From: Candidatus Bathyarchaeota archaeon
Lineage (GTDB): Archaea; Thermoproteota; Bathyarchaeia; Bathyarchaeales; Bathycorpusculaceae
DNA: 64,000 nucleotides
Assembly: GCA_963782525.1 (NCBI GenBank)
Contig: CAWAKC010000004.1
Location: forward strand, 96,001-160,000
Reading direction: 5' to 3'
Part shown: piece after piece, positions 1 through 9,418 of the stretch
How the letters are laid out: each line of letters starts with the position of its first letter
Position numbering within the stretch: the stretch's first letter is position 1
Translations under genes and position numbers: made by a program
Notes under the pieces: model-generated
Told to the model about the DNA's origin: nothing
What the model saw: only the letters and a program-made list of their open reading frames with translations
The model's database searches: none

Positions 1-486
1 GTCGGTTTGCTCCATTATAGTCATTCGGGCAATTAATTCTCCTTTAAAACCGTTTTTCTTGATTAGTTTTAGGTTGTCGATAACTTTTCGGAATGTTCCT
101 TTTCCACGGTAAAAATCCGTTAAATCCTCCTGTCCATCGATGGAAACCAGGATGGTGTGGAAACGGTTAACATATTTGGGCTCCAACTTATCTAAGAGCA
201 ACCCGTTTGTTTGAATCATAAAATGTTTAGGCTCAACCTTATCCATGATTTCCCTGAGCTTTTCGATTCCCAGCAAGGGTTCGCCGCCGTAGAAGGTTAA
301 AACGCATTCGGGGTCTTTGCGGCAGAATTCTTTGAGCAGTTCCACATCGTAGTTGAGTTTGCGGGGCAAGTTGTAGTCTATTTCTATGTCGTCGCCGAAG
401 TCTTCGTCGAAGTCGTCAAGGCTCTCTCCAAAGCAATATTTGCACTGTAAGTTGCAGTCGCTGGTAAGTATCACGTGGAAGAACAT
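1..486 (-). CDS. Radical SAM protein, probably SPASM-type peptide-modifying (AF0577/TIGR04084-like); 3' part runs off the window
   Basis: Hand translation from ATG at 486: MFFHVILTSDCNLQCKYCFGE...LTFYGGEPLL...IQTNGLLL...LVSIDG. It has the CxxxCxxC, GGEP, TNG and SIDG motifs. Not in the ORF track because it is truncated. The family name is from recall. Confidence 0.85.
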   Translation of the reverse strand, partial: MFFHVILTSDCNLQCKYCFGESLDDFDEDFGDDIEIDYNLPRKLNYDVELLKEFCRKDPECVLTFYGGEPLLGIEKLREIMDKVEPKHFMIQTNGLLLDKLEPKYVNRFHTILVSIDGQEDLTDFYRGKGTFRKVIDNLKLIKKNGFKGELIARMTIMEQTD

Positions 487-510
487 GCGTGCAATGTATG
501 GTCTGCTGGT

Positions 511-1839
511 TTAATAGTATTTTTCCGCCAATTTCTTAGCAGTCTCGTATTCATCGCTGGTTTTGGTGCCTTCCGACTCTTCGTTTGCTTGTATCTTCAG
601 CAGTTTTCCTTTTTTGCTAATCTTGCCAGATTCCGGTTGTGCTTTCTTTTTTGCATTTTCAATGTAGCCTTTAAGCTCTCTATCCTTTATTATTTTGTCA
701 GGCAAAGTTTCAGGTGCATACACCAAGGGCAAAACAGCCAAGAAGAGGAAGAAGGCAATAAAAGAGAACAGTGTGCTTGGCAAAATGTTGTTGGCTATAG
801 AGTTTCCCAAAGCGATTTGTAGGAATCTTGAAATGAAAAATGGCAAAACGCCGAGGGCGTAAATTGTGTCGCTTGAAGAGTTTTGGCTTAAATCGCCCCA
901 GATAGTCACTACGAACACCACGATGAGTACACCCCACGTTAAGCCATCTAAAATCATGTAAACGTACCAGCTAGAAAGCTCTGTGGGGAAAATGCCTAAC
1001 AAAGAGAAGCTTAAACCCAGCAAAGCAAACCCGACGATGGTTGCTGATTTTCTGCCGAAGTAATCCATTATGAAACCGGCGGCAAGCGCTGATACTCCGC
1101 CGATTCCGTTGCCGATGATTGTTAGAGTCGCTAGGGTTTGTTGATTAGAAATAACGTTGTTTTGAACTGGTGTACTCAAGTAATTCACGAGAGAGAACAT
1201 GACCCATGGAATTACATACAACAGAAAAGACCTTTGATTAAGAACTGAACGAAAATATGCAGGTTTAGTTTCTAAGCCAGAATCTTCAAAGGGTTTCACT
1301 AAAAGAAAGACAAACAGCGCCATTAATCGCCAAATCGACAGCAGTGCAATGCTACCAACGTCTCCAGTGTTCAACAAAGCCAACGCGAAGAATCCGATGG
1401 CGCTTGAAAACATTGTGATGCCTCCAAATCGGCCACGGTTGTCGTTTTTTGTGGATTGAGTAAAAAATGCCATGCAGTTTGGCATTCCGATTCCTATGGA
1501 AAAGCCAAGAAGACCTGCAGTCAACAGCATTATGGGAACCACAGCAAAATGGACAGCCAGAAGAGGTAAGGGCGAAACAACTCCAAGCAAAATCCAAAAT
1601 AGGAAAAGTGTTTTTCTGTTAACTTTCCTTACTAGCAATGCTCCGCTTACCAAAGAGAGCATTAACACGGCAAAATGAACAGCCCAAATCAGCAGTATGT
1701 TGAAGTTACTTATTGTGGCAACTGACAAAGTTTGATCTATTGTCCTGGCGGCAAGAAAATACCAGATAAAGGCGTTCGCTACTAAGAAAACGCTTGCTAT
1801 AGCGGTTTGTCTTGTAGCATTTATTTTTATGGATTGCAC
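511..1839 (-). CDS. MFS-type membrane transporter with charged C-terminal tail
   Basis: About 12 hydrophobic segments and an MFS motif A-like GFIMDYFGRK. The stop is 25 nt upstream of the radical SAM start. Confidence 0.8.
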   Translation of the reverse strand: MQSIKINATRQTAIASVFLVANAFIWYFLAARTIDQTLSVATISNFNILLIWAVHFAVLMLSLVSGALLVRKVNRKTLFLFWILLGVVSPLPLLAVHFAVVPIMLLTAGLLGFSIGIGMPNCMAFFTQSTKNDNRGRFGGITMFSSAIGFFALALLNTGDVGSIALLSIWRLMALFVFLLVKPFEDSGLETKPAYFRSVLNQRSFLLYVIPWVMFSLVNYLSTPVQNNVISNQQTLATLTIIGNGIGGVSALAAGFIMDYFGRKSATIVGFALLGLSFSLLGIFPTELSSWYVYMILDGLTWGVLIVVFVVTIWGDLSQNSSSDTIYALGVLPFFISRFLQIALGNSIANNILPSTLFSFIAFFLFLAVLPLVYAPETLPDKIIKDRELKGYIENAKKKAQPESGKISKKGKLLKIQANEESEGTKTSDEYETAKKLAEKYY

Positions 1840-1963
1840 TGTCCTGTTACATATGCCTATTTTTGTATCTTAAGTCACAGGATTCTTGCAGATAAGGGTT
1901 CAGAATTTTAAAGATTTATTAGAGATAAGTAAAATTGCCGGTCCAGATATTTTTCCAATTGAG

Positions 1964-2004
1964 GTGGCTTAGGCGATACTTTGTCCATTAAACGCTAAGT
2001 CACA
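1964..2004. promoter_or_regulatory. Inverted repeat GTGGCTTAG-N22-CTAAGTCAC, putative operator; further half-site TAAGTCACA at 1871-1879
   Basis: Read directly. It lies just upstream of the BRE/TATA of the peptide gene. Confidence 0.4.
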
Positions 2005-2017
2005 TGAAGCTCAACCC

Positions 2018-2064
2018 ACAAAGCTTTTAAGTATACACGTTCAACAGAAATACAGGGAAAGGAG
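2018..2064 (+). promoter_or_regulatory. Archaeal promoter (BRE-like ACAAAG plus TATA TTTTAAGT) and SD GGAAAGGAG of the micro-peptide gene
   Basis: TTTTAAGT at 2025-2032 follows a purine-rich tract; a purine-rich SD sits directly before ATG 2066. Confidence 0.65.
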
Positions 2065-2065
2065 T

Positions 2066-2107
2066 ATGAAAAAACCAATTAGACCTATACGCGGATATTG
2101 GTGGTAA
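2066..2107 (+). CDS. 13-aa putative precursor peptide MKKPIRPIRGYWW
   Basis: ATG AAA AAA CCA ATT AGA CCT ATA CGC GGA TAT TGG TGG TAA, with promoter, SD and a downstream T-tract. Adjacent to prenyltransferase-like, MFS and radical SAM genes. Confidence 0.7.
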   Translation: MKKPIRPIRGYWW

Positions 2108-2126
2108 ATAACCAAAATTTAACACC

Positions 2127-2140
2127 TTTTCTTTTTATTT
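2127..2140 (+). terminator. Oligo-T terminator after the peptide gene
   Basis: TTTTCTTTTTATTT begins 20 nt after the stop. Confidence 0.5.
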
Positions 2141-3145
2141 GTTCTCCAAACCTTGTAGCGAAGACTCTAACACTTTAACAAGTGTTTTCCTTTTGTCTGC
2201 CTTCACGCTAGACAGGAAGCTGATGCCCGCCTGTTTTGACGTCACCATTTCGGTAATTAATTTTTTTACTATGGGAGCGTTGGTGACAAGGTCTTGTATT
2301 TTTTCCAATTGAGTGTCCGTCATTTCTCCGCAGGCAAATTGCGCAATTATTTCCTTTTTTAGGGGAAAATCTTGAAGGGCATATAAAACGGGAAGCGGTA
2401 AACATTCATTTTTGTACCTGTTCGTGAGTTCATCCTGCTCAAACATGTCAATAAATTCATCTCGAATAGTCATCAACGTACCCAACACTCGTCCGTATTC
2501 CCCCAAGTTTTCAATCTGCTCAGGGGTTCCATTTCCAACGATGGCACCGATCTGCGCTGCCGCAGCTGCAACTGACGCCTTCAAGCTGATAATCTCAAAG
2601 TATTTCTGTGGTTCCAAATCGAGGTTTCGGCGTTGGCTGGCTTCTTCAGCTTCAGCGCTGCCAATGCTAAAGAAAGCTTCCTTTGCCAGCTTCAAAATTG
2701 CATTTTTCTTTTCTGAAGTTAACTGGTCACACGCTTCGCTTAGTAGAAGTATCCCTTTGAACCATAAAACATCTGCCGCTATGATAGCCATGTCTCGCCC
2801 AAACCTGCCGTAAACTGTGGATTTGCCATCTTTCTGTTCGGATTCATCAATTATGTCATCATGGATGTCTGCGGCTCCAGCTAACAAAACCAAAGCAGAA
2901 CCAATGCCGCTTGTGGACTCGGGTTGTCCACCAACTGCTTCACAGGTCAGAGAAAGAAGCGCAGGATGAGATGCATCAAACCAAAATTCCTCCATAAAAA
3001 AGCGGAGGGCTTCACGAAGAGGCTCAAAGGTGATTTGCTCGTTTTCGACGGCTTGTTTTGCCTGCGACATAGCGTTTTTTGAGTGTTCAATTAAGATGTT
3101 TTTTACTTCTTCCATTAAAGATTCGTCGGTTTGCATGGCGGTCAA
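2135..3145 (-). CDS. Class I isoprenoid-synthase-fold prenyltransferase, atypical (ComQ-like)
   Basis: FARM DIHDDIID is intact. The post-FARM RRG is replaced by KDG, the N-terminal GKxxRP by ASHP, and the SARM reads RDEFID. Confidence 0.8.
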   Translation of the reverse strand: MTAMQTDESLMEEVKNILIEHSKNAMSQAKQAVENEQITFEPLREALRFFMEEFWFDASHPALLSLTCEAVGGQPESTSGIGSALVLLAGAADIHDDIIDESEQKDGKSTVYGRFGRDMAIIAADVLWFKGILLLSEACDQLTSEKKNAILKLAKEAFFSIGSAEAEEASQRRNLDLEPQKYFEIISLKASVAAAAAQIGAIVGNGTPEQIENLGEYGRVLGTLMTIRDEFIDMFEQDELTNRYKNECLPLPVLYALQDFPLKKEIIAQFACGEMTDTQLEKIQDLVTNAPIVKKLITEMVTSKQAGISFLSSVKADKRKTLVKVLESSLQGLENK

Positions 3146-3245
3146 CTGTCAAACCTTTTAGTTGACTGAATATTTGTCTTTTTAGGTTCCGACAAATAAG
3201 TGAAAGCAAAACTCTTAATAGCTAAGGCTCAAATCAGAAGGTTTC

Positions 3246-6128
3246 ATGAGCCAAACCAAGCATTTCGAGCAGAAATGGCAGGCCAAATGGGAAGCGGCAC
3301 ATGTTTTTGAAGCTGACCCTGACCCGAAAAGACAAAAAGTTATGGTTACTTTTCCTTTTCCCTACATGAACGGTCCATTGCATGTGGGACACACTTTCAC
3401 GGCTTCCCGAGTTGATGCTTATGCACGGTTCAAGCGTATGCAGGGTTTTAATGTTCTTTGGCCTTGGGCTTGGCACTGGACTGGTCAGCCGTTGCTTGGA
3501 GCTAGCCAACGTGTGGCTCGAGGTGACCAAGAATTTATTCGTGTACTTCGCGAAGTCGATGGTGTGCCGGAAGAGACGATTAAAAAATTCGTTGACCCAC
3601 TCTACATGGCTCAATACTACACTGATGAAGGGCGCTTAGCCGTCAAAAGCATTGGCTTCTCAGTGGATTGGCGACGGGAATTCACAACCATAATGCCAAC
3701 ATTCCAAAAATTTATTGAGTGGCAGTACAAGAACCTCAAAGAAAAAGGCTACGTCACAAGGGGTACACACCCAGTGGTTTGGTGCCCAAAAGACAAAAGC
3801 CCAACAGGCGATCATGACCGCCAAAGCGGAGAAGGCGTAACCCCCGAAGAATATACTCTGATAAAATGCAAACTCGATGACGGTACAGTTTTGCCAGCAG
3901 CTACTTTCCGCCCCGAAACCATCTACGGTATCACGAACATTTGGATAAACCCCGACGCCACCTATGTGGAAGTAACCGTTAACGGCGAATGCTGGATTAT
4001 CAGCAAGGAAGCTGCTGAAAAACTAAAAGAACAAGAAAGAAAAGTTGAAGTAAAACGCGAATTTAAGGGTAAGGAACTCATCGGCAAAACATTCGAAAAT
4101 CCTGTCACAAAGCTTAAGTTTCCGATTTTGCCCGGATGGTTTGTTGAACCAAAAACCGCTACAGGAGTAGTTTACAGTGTCCCCGCCCATGCTCCCTACG
4201 ATTGGCTTGCACTCAGAGATTTGCAAGAGAAACCTGAGGTTCTTGCACAGTTTGGCATGGACTCATCGGTTGTGAAGGCGATTAAGCCAATATCGATTAT
4301 CAAGGTTGAGGGGTTCGGTGATTTTCCGGCAGTTGAAATTGTCGATAGAATGGGCATTAAAGACCAAAACGACCCCAAAGCCGACCAAGCAACAAAAGAA
4401 CTGTACAAAAAAGAATTTCACCGGGGAGTTCTAAAAGAAAGTTGTGGTCCTTATGCTGGCAAGAGTGTACGTGAAGTCAAGGATATTCTGATAGCGGATT
4501 TCAAGAAGATGGATGTAGCCGATAGCATGTATGATTTGTCGGAGCCAGTAGTTTGCCGTTGCATGACCCAGTGCCTAGTAAAGATTCTCTCAGATCAATG
4601 GTTCCTAAACTATTCAGACCCAGAATGGAAAGAAAAAACCCATGCCGCAGTCGCTCAAATGAAAGTATACCCCGAATCAGCTAAACCCTGGTTCAACACG
4701 GTTATTGACTGGCTACGTGAATGGGCATGTGCAAGAACCACGGGTTTTGGAACGCCGTTGCCATGGGGCAAAGGCTGGATAATTGAAACCCTCAGCGACT
4801 CCACAGTCTACATGGCATTCTACACCATAAACAAACACATAAAACAACACAACATAAACCCGCTATCGCTTAAGCCTGAAGTTTTTGATTACATATTCTG
4901 TGGCAAAGGCAATGTGACTGAACTTTCGAAAGTTGTAGGGATCAAAACGGAGTTACTGGATTCAATGCGGTCTGAATTCCTATATTGGTATCCATTTGAC
5001 CTGCGAAACTCAGCTAAAGAACTTGTGCCCAACCATCTTTCATTCTGTATCTTCCACCACGCAGCATTGTTCCCTCCTGAACATTGGCCAAGAGCCATTG
5101 GCGTTAACGGTATGCTTATGGTTGAAGGTCAAGGGATGCACAAAAGTAAAGGCAACTTCATAACCATGAAAGGTGCTGTAGAAAAATATGGAGCTGATGC
5201 TACCCGATGCGGTTTGCTTTTGGGAGCTGAAGGTATGGATGACCCAGATTGGCGAGCCGAAAACATAAGCGACTTACAGAGCAAGTTTGAAGCCTTAATG
5301 GCTTTTGCAAGCTCAATAATCATATCTGTCAAAAACGATGAAGAAACATCACTGGAGAGATGGCTACAGAGCAAGCTTCAAAGCCGAATAAAAGAAGTTA
5401 CCGCAAGCTTAGATGAGCTTAAAACTCGAACGGCCCTGCAAGTGGCTTTGTTTGAAACTTGGAATGATTTGCGTTGGTACATCCAACGAAAAGGCAACAC
5501 CCACGCTAAAGCACTTCTCGAAACGGTGAAAGCTTGGCTAAAGATGCTAGCACCCTTTGCACCCTTCCTCTGCGAGGAGCTCTGGAGCCAAACTGGCGAG
5601 GAAAGCTTCATCAGTACTGCTGAGTGGCCAAAGTTAGACGCCTCCAAAATAGACTCCGTTGCGGAGGAGCAGGAAACCCTGATAACTGATTTGATAACCG
5701 ACACATCTAACATCCTAAAAGCCATGAAGATAACGCCCAAACGCATATGCTTCTACACAGCGGCACCTTGGAAATGGCAGGTGTTCCTAAAAATCGTAGA
5801 TAAAACATTGACTGGTGAAGCAAAAATCGGCGATTTAATGAGAGAATTTGCCGCTGATAAAGACCTAAAACCGCACATGAAAGATATTTCAGGGTTGGTT
5901 CCACGAGTGATTAAGGCTTTAACGAAAATTTCTGGGGAGCGCAAAGCCAACATGTTGAAAATCAAGATAGCTGATGAGCAGACTGTTTTGGCAGGTGCCG
6001 TTGGCTTTTTGGGCGAACGCTTCAAAGCAGAAGTATCCGTTTACGGCGAAAACGAACAAGAGCGCTTTGACCCCAAAAACCGTGCAACAATGGCGATGCC
6101 CTACCAACCAGCAATCTACCTCGAATAA
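3246..6128 (+). CDS. leuS: Leucyl-tRNA synthetase (archaeal type)
   Basis: FPYMNGPLHVGH (HIGH motif), GMHKSKGN (KMSKS variant), CP1 editing region ATFRPET / GVVYSVPAHAPYD. Confidence 0.95.
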   Translation: MSQTKHFEQKWQAKWEAAHVFEADPDPKRQKVMVTFPFPYMNGPLHVGHTFTASRVDAYARFKRMQGFNVLWPWAWHWTGQPLLGASQRVARGDQEFIRVLREVDGVPEETIKKFVDPLYMAQYYTDEGRLAVKSIGFSVDWRREFTTIMPTFQKFIEWQYKNLKEKGYVTRGTHPVVWCPKDKSPTGDHDRQSGEGVTPEEYTLIKCKLDDGTVLPAATFRPETIYGITNIWINPDATYVEVTVNGECWIISKEAAEKLKEQERKVEVKREFKGKELIGKTFENPVTKLKFPILPGWFVEPKTATGVVYSVPAHAPYDWLALRDLQEKPEVLAQFGMDSSVVKAIKPISIIKVEGFGDFPAVEIVDRMGIKDQNDPKADQATKELYKKEFHRGVLKESCGPYAGKSVREVKDILIADFKKMDVADSMYDLSEPVVCRCMTQCLVKILSDQWFLNYSDPEWKEKTHAAVAQMKVYPESAKPWFNTVIDWLREWACARTTGFGTPLPWGKGWIIETLSDSTVYMAFYTINKHIKQHNINPLSLKPEVFDYIFCGKGNVTELSKVVGIKTELLDSMRSEFLYWYPFDLRNSAKELVPNHLSFCIFHHAALFPPEHWPRAIGVNGMLMVEGQGMHKSKGNFITMKGAVEKYGADATRCGLLLGAEGMDDPDWRAENISDLQSKFEALMAFASSIIISVKNDEETSLERWLQSKLQSRIKEVTASLDELKTRTALQVALFETWNDLRWYIQRKGNTHAKALLETVKAWLKMLAPFAPFLCEELWSQTGEESFISTAEWPKLDASKIDSVAEEQETLITDLITDTSNILKAMKITPKRICFYTAAPWKWQVFLKIVDKTLTGEAKIGDLMREFAADKDLKPHMKDISGLVPRVIKALTKISGERKANMLKIKIADEQTVLAGAVGFLGERFKAEVSVYGENEQERFDPKNRATMAMPYQPAIYLE

Positions 6129-6229
6129 TTACGTCTGATATTTTTCTATGCCCCTTTATTTAAGCAAATTTGTCTTCTATATGCTAAAGAGTTAAAGCAA
6201 ACGTTCCACGGTAACCTAAGCAGAAGAAA

Positions 6230-9121
6230 ATGCAAGCCAAAGCCGCTGGTTCTGTTTTCGAGTTACTCGTTAAACCTGTCCGCAAAGCCTTGGCGAACCT
6301 TGGATTCACAGAACCCACATTGCCTCAGACTTTGGCTTTTCCGCAGATTTTGGATGGCAAGAATGTGCTTTTGATTGCACCAACGGGCACAGGCAAAACC
6401 GAAGCTGTTCTGCTTCCAATCTTCTCAAAGTTGGTTGAACAGAAAAATCAGGAGCAGAAGGGCATCCAAGTTATCTACATCACGCCGCTCCGCGCATTGA
6501 ATCGTGACATGTTTAAGCGGTTAACATTTTGGGGCGAACAACTCAACATAACGATTGAGGTTCGCCATGGCGATACCGAAATGAAGATTCGCCGAAAACA
6601 AGCCCTCAAACCACCCCAAATCCTTGTCACCACACCCGAGACGATGCAGGCGATTTTGCCAGGCTCAACGATGCGTCGCCACCTCAGCAGCGTACAATAT
6701 GTAATCATTGATGAGGTGCATGATTTAGCGGAGAGCAAACGGGGGGCACAATTGACCATTGCGCTTGAGCGGTTGGTGGAGGCAACGGGGAAAGAGTTTC
6801 AAAGAATCGGTTTATCAGCCACCGTAGGCAACCCCGACGAAGTTGCACGTTTCATTGCTGGAATCAACCGAGGCATCACCATAGTACAAGCAGTCCTCAC
6901 CAAGAACTACCGCTATCGAGTCGAATACACCACGCCCACCGAAAAGGACTATGAATTAGCCGCTAAACTCGAAACTGCGCCTGAAGCAGCCGCCCGAATC
7001 CGCCGACTACTCGAATTAATCGACACCCACAAATCCACCTTGGTCTTCGTGAACAGCCGCACCATCGCCGAGTTGCTTGGACACCGCTTCGACCAACTTA
7101 ACCGAATAGACATCGCCGTCCACCATGGCTCCTTGTCCCGAGAAGAGCGAACAATCACTGAGGACGCATTCAAAACGGGGCAACTCAAAGCAATCATCTG
7201 CACAAGCACCTTGGAGCTAGGCATAGACATCGGAAAAGTGGATTTGGTTATCCAGTATATGTCGCCAAGGCAGGTCAGCAGCCTCATCCAGCGGGTTGGG
7301 AGAAGCGGCCACAGTTTAGAGCGGCTCTCGGAGGGCGTCATAATAACCGCTTTTCCAGACGACACCTTAGAATCTATGGCGGCAGTTGCAAACGCCAAAG
7401 CCAACAAGATAGAGCCTGTAATCTTCCACAAGAACGCTTTGGATGTGTTGGCACATCAAATCGCCGGTATCCTGATGGATAAAGAAACCATAACCCAAAG
7501 CGACCTATTCAATTTTATTAAGAGAGCTTATCCGTACAGCACCTTAACCCAAGAACAACTGGAGGATGTGGTGCAGTTTTTGGAAAGCCTCCACAAACTA
7601 AGAACAGAACTGGAAGGAAAAATTTTGAAGAAAACTGGGCGAACACGCGAATACTACTATAGCAACCTCAGTATGATTCCTGACGAAAAACGTTACCCCG
7701 TAATAAGCGTGATTAGCGACCGAAAAATCGGCACTTTAGGCGACGAATTCATGACACTGCACGCTCGGGTGGGGTTGCATTTTGTTATGCGCGGCAAGGT
7801 CTGGCGTATCGTCCAGATTCAAGACGAGACGGGGACGGTCCATGTTTTGCCTGCGGAAGACCCTTTTGCGGCTATTCCGGGGTGGGATGGAGAAATCCTC
7901 CCTGTGCCATTCGATTTAGCCCAACAAACAGGCGTCATGAGGGAAAAAGTAGGTAAACTCATCAGAGAGGGCAAGAAACCTGAGGCGGCGGCAGAAGAAT
8001 TAGCTCTAGAACTGAAAACGGACAAGGAAACGCTCGTTGACACCGTCTTGGAGATTGCTGAACACATAAAAGACGGAGCCCCATTGCCCACGCAGAACCT
8101 CATAGTCATAGAAGTTTTAGACCGCTACATCGTTGTCCACGCTTGCTTTGGCGAACTCGTTAATCGCACTTTCGGCGGGATTTTCGATTCAGTTCTCTCC
8201 GAGCGGGAAGTGATTACGGGTTGGTGGACGGATGGGTATCGCATCCTAATCGAAACCAGCCACAAACCATCCAAGCAAGAGGTGCAGGGCATGCAGAATG
8301 AGCTCTTTGGCTTATCGGATGAGCGTGTGGATGAGGCTTTCTTAAACTACATGAACAGCAAATTCCCGTTTGTTAGCCGAATGAAAGCGGTCGCCGAACG
8401 TTTTGGAGCTTTGCCCAGAGGAAAAACTTTGGCGCACTCCGACCGAGCTGAAAAACTGCAAGCATCCTTCAAAGACACGCCAATCTATGATGAGACCATT
8501 CGGGAAGCTATGATGGATAAAGTGGACCTGCCGCAGGTAAAACAGATTTTGCATGACATAAGAGATGGAAAAATCGCTGTCACCACAATCTCCCGGGAAA
8601 AGCCGACGCCTTTTGCGTACCATATTTTGATGCAGTACGCTGACACCGTCGAGCTCATGGCGCCCGAACGCCTGCTCCTAACCAACATCGACCGCATGAA
8701 ACGCTCCATCGACGCCCGAGTAGCCAAACTGCTCTGCATGAACTGTGGCGCATGGACCAAACAAATCCGCATAAAAGACCTCGCCGGGGAGCCTGAATGC
8801 GAAAACTGCCACAGCCGCCTTCTCACACTGCTCTACTTCAGCCAGGACGCAGATAAGCTGGTTGAGGATTTGCGGAAACGCCGTGAAGGCAAAGAACTCA
8901 CCCCAGACGAACTGAAAGACCTCAGCAACGCCAGACGAAAAGCCGACCTCATCCTAAGCTACGGCAAACAGGCGGTGCGGGCGTTGCAGGTGAAAGGGGT
9001 TGGTCCCGAGACGGCATCGCGAATTTTGGGGCGAATGCATCCCGACGAAGACGCCTTCTACATAGACCTGCTTAAGGCGAAGGTGCAGTATCTGCGGACG
9101 AGAGAATTCTGGGACAAATAA
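6230..9121 (+). CDS. lhr: Lhr-like SF2 DEAD/DEAH helicase
   Basis: APTGTGKT, DEVH, SAT, HHGSL, QRVGRSGH, plus C-terminal CxxC..CxxC. Confidence 0.9.
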   Translation: MQAKAAGSVFELLVKPVRKALANLGFTEPTLPQTLAFPQILDGKNVLLIAPTGTGKTEAVLLPIFSKLVEQKNQEQKGIQVIYITPLRALNRDMFKRLTFWGEQLNITIEVRHGDTEMKIRRKQALKPPQILVTTPETMQAILPGSTMRRHLSSVQYVIIDEVHDLAESKRGAQLTIALERLVEATGKEFQRIGLSATVGNPDEVARFIAGINRGITIVQAVLTKNYRYRVEYTTPTEKDYELAAKLETAPEAAARIRRLLELIDTHKSTLVFVNSRTIAELLGHRFDQLNRIDIAVHHGSLSREERTITEDAFKTGQLKAIICTSTLELGIDIGKVDLVIQYMSPRQVSSLIQRVGRSGHSLERLSEGVIITAFPDDTLESMAAVANAKANKIEPVIFHKNALDVLAHQIAGILMDKETITQSDLFNFIKRAYPYSTLTQEQLEDVVQFLESLHKLRTELEGKILKKTGRTREYYYSNLSMIPDEKRYPVISVISDRKIGTLGDEFMTLHARVGLHFVMRGKVWRIVQIQDETGTVHVLPAEDPFAAIPGWDGEILPVPFDLAQQTGVMREKVGKLIREGKKPEAAAEELALELKTDKETLVDTVLEIAEHIKDGAPLPTQNLIVIEVLDRYIVVHACFGELVNRTFGGIFDSVLSEREVITGWWTDGYRILIETSHKPSKQEVQGMQNELFGLSDERVDEAFLNYMNSKFPFVSRMKAVAERFGALPRGKTLAHSDRAEKLQASFKDTPIYDETIREAMMDKVDLPQVKQILHDIRDGKIAVTTISREKPTPFAYHILMQYADTVELMAPERLLLTNIDRMKRSIDARVAKLLCMNCGAWTKQIRIKDLAGEPECENCHSRLLTLLYFSQDADKLVEDLRKRREGKELTPDELKDLSNARRKADLILSYGKQAVRALQVKGVGPETASRILGRMHPDEDAFYIDLLKAKVQYLRTREFWDK

Positions 9122-9418
9122 GTCTTTTTTTAATTTTATAAGGTCAGGGTGCCTTTCTTTAATTTCTTCATCCAGCAAATTCTTAATGTTTACCCTTTTC
9201 TTTAATTTCAGAGTAGTTGTTACGAAGTATTCGTTATAACTGCCGTTTGCAGAATTTTTTCCGTTATTTTTAGACATAAGATGTCTAATAACCCATGTTT
9301 TTTATATTATTAAATTTTTTCCACGAGGTAAGTCTAAAAAAATTTGGGATAAACACCACTAAATGCTTTGCAAGGTTTTAATAGGTAAGTCACTTGAGTT
9401 TGGCTTAGCTGTGGTCTT

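Noticed and set aside
475-822. Antisense ORFs in the track (this one and many similar)
   Set aside because: Shadow frames of well-supported genes on the opposite strand.
8954-9277. 107-aa minus-strand ORF
   Set aside because: Overlaps the helicase 3' end by 168 nt, has no motif and lies in AT-rich sequence.
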